Assembly: GCA_964016885.1 (NCBI GenBank)
Contig: OZ024745.1
Coordinates: 50,716,001-50,780,000, forward strand
Source of the DNA: Eledone cirrhosa
Taxonomy: Eukaryota
Length of the DNA stretch: 64,000 nt
Direction: 5' to 3'
Shown here: piece by piece, positions 43,423-54,134 of the stretch
Layout: each line of letters opens with the position of its first letter
Position numbering within the stretch: position 1 is the stretch's first letter
Notes under the pieces: generated by a model
Seen by the model: the letters and a program-made list of their open reading frames with translations, nothing else
The model's database searches: none
What the model was told of the DNA's origin: nothing
Program-made: the position numbers and the translations under genes

Positions 43423-44026
43423 GGTCACCAGTTGGTGCTACTGGTAACATGTATCCCAGTACAACCTGTCCCATGGTCGGGTCGTTGGCGACTAAACTGG
43501 CAACCCCACCAAGGTTTCTTGGTGAGGAGGGTGACTTTGGACATCCTGCAGGACTAAAAACAAAACCTGTCAAAGGGCAAAGGAGCTCTTAAAAGTCAAT
43601 GGCCATCCAAAATCACCAGGAGAGATGACCCCTTAGCCTTTGTCAAGGCAGAATTCTAGGAGAAGGAAAACTCTGATATAACACCTGCAACCCTGATGGT
43701 TTCCAATGATGTTGACTTGTTCTTCTTTTTGGTAAATATCATCTTGGTTAAGAGAGTGGGACTGGCTTTGTGCAGTGCCTTTGCTCACTATAAAAGCTTC
43801 ACAGCACAGGCATTGCTTTATATCTGGAGATCTCTCTGCACTTGTCGTCACATGGTACCATGGGCCCAGCACTATGTGTCAATAATTGTCACAAGTGTAG
43901 TGTTTGTACCAGAGTTTTCAAGTCGCTGGCTGGACTAAAAAGTCACACTTATTCAGCGCATCGGTAGGGGTTCTCCTGCATGGATATAAAGTAGTGGCCG
44001 TACTCGAAAACGAGTTGGCAGCCACC
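43423..44026 (+). mobile_element. ~600-bp non-coding retroposon, copy 3 (family A)
   Basis: Near-identical to copies 1 and 2; (TATG)n on both sides. Confidence 0.9.
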
Positions 44027-44069
44027 ATGTATGTATGTATGTATGTATGTATGTATGTATGTATGTATG

Positions 44070-44915
44070 TTCTTGTGGTTTTATAATTTGACAAATGTTT
44101 ACCAATAGAGAGAGAGAGTCGGTTTCTATCATAGACACAAGACTCTCTCATTGGAATTTACACAACATCAACTAGGTAGATATGTATGCATGCATGCATG
44201 TGTAGATATGGATGTTATTTTATGTGTGGATGTGTATGTTTTGTGTTGTATGTGTGCATGTGTATATGGTTTGTATCTGTACATGTGTATATGCAGTTAT
44301 TAGATGCACAATTTGGGGAATGTTTTACATATTTTTACTGTTCCATTAATGGATTCTATATGTAATTTCCTAACTAGTTGTGTTCTTTCTGTTCCTGTGA
44401 AGCCCAGGTTCTCAAGATTTGTATTGAGGCAGTTACTAACATACCCCAGTGCCCCAATAATCACAGGCATAAATCTGAAGGTGTAATCAGGGTGGAGTAT
44501 CTGAAGATTTCTCATCAGTTCTGCATAAATATTCTCCTTTGCGCTAATCTTTGATATTATATTGGCATCTGCTGGGCAGCTAATTTCCACTACTGTGCAT
44601 GCTTTCTTCTCTGGTCTGTTATGTCTGCATTTTATTGGGTGTTTTACTGGAATATTCCACCAGTACTCTATTATATTATGTACATGGATATCTTCCACAT
44701 TGCTGTAGCTTTTAATGTGTTTATTATCGGGGCTATTTTTTCTACGGATTGCATCGTACAGTGTTTTAGCCACTACATCATGCCTCATAGGTAGATAGTA
44801 CCGCGATGACATCTTTGGACAGCTGCTGATGACATGGGTGACATCTTCGATGTTAATTCTGCGGAGTCTGCACTTGCTATCACATCTAGGTGTTTTGCCT
44901 GCATCCCTATCTCTT
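44070..44915 (-). mobile_element. 5'-truncated R4/Dong-like element: CCHC knuckle, RLE domain and 3' UTR
   Basis: CRLRRINIEDVTHVISSCPKMS (CCHC with one Cys lost), RHDVVAK, EYWWN, HNRP (short deletion), VEISCP, KENIY. The 3' UTR hairpin CCAATGAGAGAGTC...GACTCTCTCTCTATTGG is followed by (ACAT)n. Confidence 0.9.
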
Positions 44916-44925
44916 TGTATGTATG

Positions 44926-45214
44926 TGACATAGAAATAATCGGGCTGGATAGGTTAAACCACTGGGAGTGAAGGCCCCCCCTAACCTTTGTGAGGGCATT
45001 CTTCTAGGAGAAAGCAACTCAGGAAACTGGAATAACTCCGACATAAAACCTGCGGCTCAGTAGTTACCGATGATGTTGATCTTTTCTTCTTTTCAGGTTA
45101 TAGCTAGTGTCGCTCAGAGAGTGGGGTTGGTTTAGTGCACAGCCTTTCCTCACTTAGCTTAATTGATAATTATTAATAATGTTATATCGTGCAATGGCCA
45201 TACTCGATAACGAG
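44926..45214 (+). mobile_element. Family B non-coding retroposon (diverged relative of family A)
   Basis: Shared blocks CTAGGAGAAAGCAACTC, GATGATGTTGATCTTTTCTTCTTTT and GAGAGTGGGGTTGG. The terminal hairpin is cut by a (GA)n array. Confidence 0.75.
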
Positions 45215-45252
45215 AGAGAGAGAGATGGAGAGGGAGAGAGAGAGAGAGATAG

Positions 45253-45374
<122 letters not shown>

Positions 45375-45421
45375 AGAGAGAATAGGAAGTCAGATTTGCA
45401 GTTTTGATATGAAACTGTATT

Positions 45422-45509
45422 GCATATTACAACTGTTTCGATAACGATCAGCTCGGGTTTGATCAGGCGATCGGATACCGACTCTTAATCGACATCTCCT
45501 CAGATATGC
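45422..45509 (-). ncRNA. Type I hammerhead ribozyme motif with extended stem II
   Basis: GCATAT-CTGAGGA-GAT...ATC-GAAA-CAGTTG-TA-ATATGC on the minus strand. Confidence 0.75.
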
Positions 45510-45537
45510 GTGTTTAGATGGGACCACTCATGTAAAC

Positions 45538-45629
45538 TTGCATATCTGAGGAGGTTTCGATTAAGTGTCGGGATCCGTTAGCCTGATCAAACCTGAGCTG
45601 ATCGTTATCGAAACAGTTGTAATATGCAA
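45538..45629 (+). ncRNA. Type I hammerhead ribozyme motif with extended stem II
   Basis: Stem I TTGCATAT/ATATGCAA, core CTGAGGA (45546-52), 57-nt stem II domain, GAAA (45610-13), minimal stem III and GUA cleavage triplet. Confidence 0.78.
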
Positions 45630-46594
45630 TACAGTTTCATATCAAACTGCAAATCTAACTTGCTATTGTCACTCTATATACACACTCTGCAAATTACAGC
45701 CGCCTTATACCTGGAGCATAACCCAACGAGAAGCGGAGCCTGTAACAGCATCAAGTGCTTTGAGCAGCGTCACCGCTAGTAACCACAAGTTACTCACTTA
45801 AATAACGCTCTATTCTCGATGACTGGTCATTGTACGAAGACCTACTGGATTATTTTCATTTATCAGAAGATTTAAATCTCAACTCTCAAGATGATGATCA
45901 GTTGACAGCTCAGAGATTTTTAAATGATCACACACAGCACGATATCGTCCTAGCTTATAAAACGTGAAGTAGACAGTGGCCGTTCACTCATTCAGTCGCG
46001 GATATTGATAGCAATGTTGGTGTGGTTGCAGGTCGGTTGATTGTGATATCCTGTGATGTCTATCTCTGACTCACTCTAAATTAATTCATCTTTACATGTC
46101 TCAACACATGCTATCATTTTATCTGTTCAATCATTCATACAATTTATCTACACACAAACATTCTGTAGTTCACCATTTTGCTTCATTAATTGGTCATGAT
46201 CTTTTTATTGCTAACTTTGTGATTTTCCACCAATTCTCCTAACATTTCAATGTAGTTTCAAATCCAATATTTGACGAAATATATATACCTCTATTTTAGA
46301 CAAATATATGCATTTGTTTTCCCTGTTCACTTTTGTCATACGCCTTTGTGACAAAACATAAATAATGGGTATGGAATGAAATTTTGCTGAGAATTTTTTT
46401 AACGTGCTTACCACGTGTTCTTTGGTATATCTTAGTTTACCCAAACTACAATTCAACAAATCTTCCTCAAACAAACAACAACCAAGGCCTCCTAGCAACA
46501 CACCATCAATCTCACATTGAATTTCTCTTACTAACAATCATACATTCCTAACATACATTTTTACATCGTATCGCTTTCACCATCACATCATACC

Positions 46595-46683
<89 letters not shown>

Positions 46684-47021
46684 ATGTATGAGAGCCTGTC
46701 TGCGTATGAGTGTGCGTTTAAAAGATTGTGTTGTGTGAGTCTCTATTTTCAATAGTGTGGTGTGTAAGCGTGTGTATATGGAATGTAGTCTTAAACCACC
46801 ACTCGGTTTAAAACCCTCAGCTGACAACCTTTAGGGGAATCTACTCTGTTACAAGCATTCAGACCAGATTTAGGATCTGAGGATAATTTCGTATTTTACT
46901 GTGTCGGAGGGTGTCAAAAATGTGTGGACGCTGCTCTTAATGTTTTAACAAAGCTATATATATAATCAACTTTGATAGATTTCGATCAGTATTGGCCCTG
47001 GCCATGTCTAACTTAATAGCA

Positions 47022-47062
<41 letters not shown>

Positions 47063-47151
47063 GGGGTGGAACACTGGAAGGTAATATCCGTAGTGGTAGA
47101 GCACTCAGTCCAAGGGATGAGTTAGGTAGAAGTGTTTACACAACAGTTAGT

Positions 47152-47212
47152 TCACCATACCGAGAACAATTGTTTCACCTTCCCGGATCTTCAGCTCGGG
47201 GTGTGTATGGTT
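47152..47212 (-). ncRNA. PLE-associated minimal hammerhead ribozyme
   Basis: CCGAG-CTGAAGA-TCCGGGAAGGT-GAAA-CAATTG-TT-CTCGG. Confidence 0.8.
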
Positions 47213-47396
47213 ATAGGAACAAGAAGGGCAACCGTACGAACGCGCATGCGCAGAAACTCGGTTACTTCACACAGGCAATACTAGACTGCGTGCGGGCGGG
47301 GGGGGGGGGGGGGGTGTAAGGGAGATAACTGCGAAAGTCCGGAAAATTTTTTGGTTGAAAATAAAATAAAAAAATTAAAAATAAAATTACAAAGAA

Positions 47397-49010
47397 TCAG
47401 TCCGGAGCCTTGTAGTTATGCAATAGATGTTTGGTGACGTGTGGACAACGTGTGAAAAATTCACTCCTCGTGTTTAGGCAATCACTATTGCGTAATCTCT
47501 TTAGGATAGTTATTCGTTCGTCAATACATAAGCCACACGTCGGATTTCCCCTTGCGTATGGCTTGGACTTAGTGATGGCTTTCCATTGAATGGAGTACCC
47601 TAGACTTGAGTCCTTGAGGGACCATACGTGGCTCGCGAGTTTCGTGGATGAACGTCTGTCCGGGTATCTGAAGGTAGACTGGTGGTTCAGGAAACGTTCC
47701 TTGAATCGGCCTTCCGCCATGCCCACATAGGATTTGACCTCCTGTGGTTCGTTTGGTCGGTTGGAAGTGACCACAGCTTCATAGATTACAGCTGGTGTGT
47801 TGCATTGTTGTTGAAGGAGGCAAGCTTCAGTCTTACGGCAAGAGCACCCTGGTGGGGTGTTGCTCCTAGGGCTGCTGGTGATGTGGGCCTTCATGTTCTT
47901 AGCGCAGGAGTATCCTAGTTTAACTTTGTGTCGGTTAAAGATGGAGCGGTATTTATGACCTATGAGGAAGTGTCTATCTAAGAGGGCTAGAAATTTATTT
48001 CCTACATTGGTTTTAACGTTGAGTGAGAAGGGAGGAGAGACCCAGATAGTTTCTCTATTGATGCGCTTACTTTTCTTAATGGTGTTGTTGCTAGTGGGAG
48101 AGTAGGTGATAGGTTGTGAGAAGCCGCTGTTAGCCAACGCCGTGTTATAGTAGGGTGCCGCCCTGTCAAAGATAGCCTTATTAGAGGAGAAGTTTGAGAT
48201 TCTAATACTAATATTCTTAAGTTTCTAAAAACAGTGGGAGGGTGGCATGAGTCCCTGTGAATGTAATTAAGTTTCTCGTTTAGCTTATGGAAGGGTCTGT
48301 TGGTGTGTGTGCGAAGGTCTAAATTAATGTCTAAGAAATCTACGCTAGAGAGGTTGGTGGCTACTGTTATCCTAAGTCCTAACTCATTGAAGGTAAAAGC
48401 TAAGTCTTTTTTAAACCGGTCGAGGTCGTGACCACTTTTATGGCTCGATAAAGTCAGTCCATCGTCACGGTATATTCCCGTGTGGAAGTCCGGGAATCTA
48501 ACACGTAATATGTCTAATATAAAAAGGCCAACCAAGTCACATACGTCAGCACTGTCAGACGATCCCATGGAGACGTCGAACAGGTCTGAAGATGTAGACT
48601 TCTTTGCCCAGGCTACTCCGTTGTTGAAGGGGAGAGTTTTCGGCGGTTAGCGATGATTTCCCTTTCTAAACCATGGACGGTGGTATAAGTGGTAGCGAAG
48701 TCCAACGCTTTGTTTAACAGGGTCTCTGAGATCGACGGGTAAAAATCGACAATGTCAAACTGTGTGAACTTCGCTTTTTTGGATTTTAAGGAGTTAAACT
48801 ACTTAATTACGGAGTCGCTGTTCTCCCACTGGGGCAGGTTGGACTTGGTACTAATGGTCTTAACTATGTTTCTAAGTATGGCCTTACTGACTAGTCCCAT
48901 ATCTTTGCGTGCCGGGTTTATTAGTCTACATGTGGGGTTAGAAGTAAAGTCTACCTTGTGATCTTTCAGGGTGAGGAACGCCTCCCGCTTAGCTAGAGAT
49001 TGTAGCTTTT
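47397..49010 (-). pseudogene. Frameshifted PLE reverse transcriptase / GIY-YIG endonuclease ORF (Naiad-like Cys pattern)
   Basis: RT motifs PTCRLINP, FDIVDFYPSI, FDVSMGS and YRDDGL; linker IWVSPPFS and CSC-x5-C-x5-C; endonuclease motifs VIY...YVG, FKERF, CGLC and LNTRSE...CPH. Frameshifts near 48640 and 48210. Confidence 0.92.
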
Positions 49011-49147
49011 TATTTTCAACCAAAAAACTTTCCGGACTTTCGCAGTTATCTCCCTTACACGCCCCGCACGCAGTCTAGTATTGCCTGCGTGAAGTGACCG
49101 AGTTTCTGCGCATGCGCGTTCGTACGGTTGTCTTTCCTGTTCCTATA

Positions 49148-49205
49148 ACCATACACATCCCGAGCTGAAGATCCGCGAAGGTGAAACAATTGTTCTCGGT
49201 ATGGT
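49148..49205 (+). ncRNA. PLE-associated minimal hammerhead ribozyme (inverted copy)
   Basis: CCGAG-CTGAAGA-TCCGCGAAGGT-GAAA-CAATTG-TT-CTCGG, with stem I extension ACCATA/TATGGT and palindromic stem III. Confidence 0.82.
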
Positions 49206-49244
49206 GAACTAACTGTTGTGTAACCACTTCTATATATATATATG

Positions 49245-49950
49245 TATGTATAGAAATTTCGTATTTCCAAAGAAATACGGTCTTAGGAAGCCGTAGCTAT
49301 GCAAACACGAGAGGGGGGGGGGGGCTAATGCCCTCTGGTGATGTGTCCAGCAGAAGCAAGGGGGACAACCGTCTATGCATTTCAGGCTTGACTGGCCATC
49401 GTCGGGACGATCCCACCCACTGCTTGCGACTGCAGGACTAGAAGACGGCCGAGAATATATAGTTTTCTCGTCTGTGTAAATGATGTGATTAATCTCATTT
49501 GCATATGAAGCTGCATAAGTTGGCTCAACTTATAATAGAAAAGAAATAAGATTTCGCTTCAAGCATAGCTTTATACAATATGTATAGAAATTTCGTATTT
49601 CTAAAGAAATACGGCCTTAGGAAACCGTAGCTATAGCCACATTATGCAGCTTCATATGCAAATGAGATTAATCACCTCATTTACACAGACGAGAAAACTA
49701 TATATTCTCGGCTGTTTTCAAGTCCAGTAGTTGCAAGCGGTGGGAGGGATCGTTCTGGCAATGGCGAGTTAAGCCTGAAATCCATAGACGGTTGACCCCT
49801 TGCTTCTGCTGGACACCACCAGAGGGCGTTATACCCCCCCCCCCCCCGGTGTTTGCATAGCTACGGCTTCCTAAGACCATATTTCTTTAGAAATACGAAA
49901 TTTCTATACATATTGTATAAAGCTATGCTTGAAGCGAAATCTTATTTCTT
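49245..49950. repeat. ~335-bp unit: one copy, a partial tandem copy, then an inverted copy
   Basis: ATGTATAGAAATTTCGTATTTC at ~49246 and ~49580; 49635-49950 is the reverse complement of the unit. Confidence 0.85.
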
Positions 49951-51863
49951 ATATATATATATATTTATATATATATATACATATGTGTGTGTGTGTGTGT
50001 ATGTGTAAACATGCACAAACGAAAAATTGTATTAGTACTATTTTTAGTAGCTAGTTTGACATGAAAGAAATAGCAGCAAAATCTTCCACCATCCATTGGA
50101 TAATGTCATCCTGCTCCTCCAAAAGACATATGACGGTCATCGTTGGATTATCTTTGATTATACATTTTCTCGATCAGAAATGATGTGCGACTGAACAGCA
50201 ACAACGACTTTATCCATAAAATATTTTCAAAATAGTTCTTTAGTACATGATAACTAGCATATTTAAATTGCATTTTGTGTTGAAATACCACAGAGGTTAG
50301 CATAGCCTTTCATTGTTCCGGGATCGGAAAATAAACTTTCAGTCTGAGACGGTGGAGTGACGAAATCCTCAGACCGTTGTGAATTAAAATTATTTGCCCA
50401 GTTTAACATCACCACTTTGCCCTTGGTTGTCTTTAGCGGAGTCCACTCTATTGTAAGCATTCGAGAATGTTCTCCACACTCTCTCCCTCTTATTAGTTTC
50501 TGAGGCCCCTTAATCAAATATATTTGCATAAATGAATCAAGATAAATATATTTGCATAAATAAATCAAGATAAATATATTTGCATAAATGAAACAGGATA
50601 ATAAAAACTGTTACTTTGATTAAAGTAGGCTGATATGCTGGTATATTTCGTTACCATCCAAGTTACGAATAAATAAGTAGTCGTCTGTTGGTTCAAATAT
50701 TAATCACTCCTGCTTGAAACACGAATCCTTACAAATGTGCACTTATAAGCCTTGACAAACATATATCAACACTAACAATACACATACATCTTATGATGCA
50801 AGCGTAAACACATCCATGCTGAAACACTCTTGCATATACTTGTAACCATAGATTTCATGAATATATTTTCACAAAATGATAAATATTATGTGGCATATAA
50901 TGAGCGATCTCTCTCTTTCTCCCTCGCCCCCTCTTTCTCTCACCCCCTCTCTTTTTCTCCCCCTCCCTCTTCTGTTACAAACACAGACGTAGAAAAACAT
51001 GTTATGTTACATTTTGTTAGAGTTATTAGTGCAAATATCATTGAATAACCTCCAAAATACATTTCAACTTCCTGTGGTATCTCTTTTCTTGCCTAAATCT
51101 GTCACGTTCCCTTTCGTTAAGATATTTGAGTAATGTTTATCAGACATCAGGTTCTTGAAAAATCATAACAGGACTGGTTGAAAAATCTAACGCTTCTCAC
51201 TTTAATTGCATTCTTCGAACAATTGCATTATGGAAAACAACAACGAAAGGAACTACTGACGTTTCCCTAATAACAGTTGTAGAATCTAGATTCACAAATG
51301 AATCTAATGATCCGGTTTTCAGCCGAGATATCATTACTGTTGATTTTTCTCATTGACATAACTTTTTACATTTTGTAATAGAGCTACATTCGATTATCTC
51401 GAGCCTATTATATCAAGAGTACATTATTTCATTGATTCGTTGAGAATGAAGAGCAAAGTTGGTCTCGGTCATTCATACAAGTTGCATCTCCGAGAGTAAA
51501 TGAATCCGTCCTACACTCTCTCCCAAAAGAGAACGCTATTCCTCTCTGCAACTCTGCCCCATTTTTCGTGATGAACATGTGATGATAGAAAAGCAAGAAA
51601 GGCAAAGTACCGGAGAAACTAGTAAAGGAAGAAAAACCAAAATAATCTGGCAATCCCTACATGATAAAAATAAAACACAGGTCACTCGCCAGAATTTCTG
51701 GTAGCTTGAGCCTAGTACGATGTGTTATATAGTTAGGTCGTCTGCTTGGTAAAAAAAAGGGGGATTTTAGGACACTCAGCGGAAGGAAAAAATAAAATTT
51801 ATCAAAGCGCGCGATGAACTCACGAAAGGCAATGATCATCCAATTGTGTGTGTGTGTGTGTGT

Positions 51864-51895
<32 letters not shown>

Positions 51896-51945
51896 TGGCG
51901 CCCGGCAGACTGGTCGGTCAAGGTGGTCAAAGTGATATATATATC

Positions 51946-52020
<75 letters not shown>

Positions 52021-52022
<2 letters not shown>

Positions 52023-52691
52023 TGTTATACTTTGGGAGAGTCATGCTGCTAATAAAAACTCACACACCTGTTGGTTTTCACTTTAATTTATGATACATTT
52101 CCGGCTGGTTGGTTCGCTAACCGGATGGTTGTTTATATATTGTAAAAAATCTTTCGTCACATATTCCGTGACCTCCTCAGTGACTGCATTTTTATTTTGT
52201 CCTACACCAAGAAAACAAAGCAGAGACACTATCTGCTTCAACATACGTTTTCAGATAAGAAATCTTGCAAAAAAAATTAAAAAACGAACTATATATATAT
52301 ATATATATGTATATATATGAACATGTATATATATGAACATATATTAATAAAAAATTAAAAAACGAACTATATATATATATATACATGTATATATATGAAC
52401 ACATGCGCAAACTAAGCACACAACACACACACACAAAAACAAGATGGCGTAGGACAGAACAAAGGAGAGGCACAAAAAACAAAGAAAAGAACCCCAGTCA
52501 CTGAAGAGGTCACAGAATGTGTGACGAAAGAACTTTGACATTATATAAACAACCATCAGGTTGTGGAATCAACCAACCAACCGGAAATTTATAAATTCCT
52601 AAATTTATAAATATATTATAATAAATTGAAGTGAAAGCAACTGGTGCGTGTGTTTCTTATTGGCAACATGACCCTCCCAAAGTATAACAAT
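52021..52691. mobile_element. Inverted pair of hammerhead-bearing repeats (52021-52215 and 52420-52691)
   Basis: Ends ATTGTTATACTTTGGGAG ... CTCCCAAAGTATAACAAT; the two arms are diverged members of the 40789-41085 family. Confidence 0.8.
52496..52539 (+). ncRNA. Minimal type I hammerhead-like motif
   Basis: GTCA-CTGAAGA-GGTCAC-AGAATGT-GTGAC-GAAA-GAAC-TT-TGAC; a more decayed counterpart lies on the minus strand at 52141-52186. Confidence 0.65.
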
Positions 52692-52745
52692 ATCGGTTTC
52701 AACACACGTTTTCAGATAAAGAATCTTGCTAAACAAATTCAGAAA

Positions 52746-52779
<34 letters not shown>

Positions 52780-53039
52780 GGAAAAAATGAAACGAAATTT
52801 CATTTCCCACTCTTAGTACGGCTGTTACTTAAATATAACTATGTACACGTACATACATATATGCATACAGACGTACAGTAGTATGTATATATATATATAC
52901 ATACATGCACACATATATATATGTACGTATGGATTCACCGAACATTTATTGTAATGCTCGGTGTGTTTGTAAACAAACATCCCGTATTAAGCCATAGTGT
53001 CTAGCAACCACCGTTGCTTGTTTGTTCAACACTGACAAA

Positions 53040-53056
53040 GGAATATATATATATAG

Positions 53057-53112
<56 letters not shown>

Positions 53113-53258
53113 TGGAATATATATATATATATATATATAATGGAATATATATATATATATATATATATAATGGAATATATATATATATATATATATAATG
53201 GAATATATATATATATATATATATAATGGAATATATATATATATATATATATAATGGA

Positions 53259-53285
<27 letters not shown>
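53040..53285. repeat. (TA)n-ATGGA minisatellite
   Basis: (TA)n tracts punctuated every ~28-30 bp by AATGGAAT. Confidence 0.85.
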
Positions 53286-53341
<56 letters not shown>

Positions 53342-54134
53342 CATGTATGTATATGTATATATATATATACATGTATACACAGAGCAATTAAAGAGCGAGA
53401 GTGAGAGAGAGAAAGAGAGGAGGTGAGAGAAAGAGAGAGGGGGAGAGGAGAAGAGAGAGGAGAGAGAGAGAAAATAAAAAGGGAGGGGGGACGGAGAGAA
53501 ATGACTGTGTATGGTCACTTTGTTTCATTAATGGATAGATGCAGAAAAGAGTGTGGTGAGAACTTGCACTCGAGTTACTAAATACGAACATTCCAAGTCA
53601 ACACACACACACACACATACATACATACATATACACACACTCACACACATACTGTCTCTCTCTCACACACATAATATTATAAATTAATCGTCCTTGACAA
53701 GGCCATTCATTGTGGCATGAGCAGCAGGAACCTTCGCGTCTTTCATCAATTAAACAAAAATAATACTTAAGAGAAAAACAAATATATTTAGGTAGGGCAC
53801 AGCTAGAATCAGTCAGAGTTAGTCCAAAAGAAAATATGCTAAATTGGGGAACAACCTAACAAACGTCAATAACATTTGAAGAAAAACGTGAACGTAATAT
53901 AATGCTCTCTTTCTGGGAGAGGAGACCACTCCTGTCTTTTTGTCTTAGTTCTTAATAAAAGTACATCCACATAGGGAACAGGCACCCAATACATAGCCCT
54001 AGCTACTATAAAACACCAAGAAACCCTAGGCTGTATCGCTACAGATTAGGTCCTTCAGACGGAAAGATACCCGGAATATACTATTGCAGCTCAAACTCAG
54101 CAAAGCAAAACCATGAAAAAACATTCCCTTAAAG

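Larger units (their letters stand above)
47060..49230 (-). mobile_element. Penelope-like element, 5'-truncated, with inverted terminal repeat
   Basis: RT + GIY-YIG coding remnants. The 3' region ~47127-47365 is repeated inverted at ~49007-49230. Both ends abut (TA)n. Confidence 0.93.

Noticed and set aside
46966-47022. Hairpin followed by GAAA, resembling half a hammerhead
   Set aside because: There is no CUGANGA, and it is better explained as the LINE 3' terminus also seen at 4222-4280.
47397-48137. Selenocysteine recoding, as reported for some Naiad elements
   Set aside because: The Cys positions in the endonuclease frame are ordinary codons, with no in-frame TGA.
51429-51653. 74-aa minus-strand ORF in unique sequence
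   Set aside because: No recognisable motif or clear splice signals, and the length is compatible with chance.
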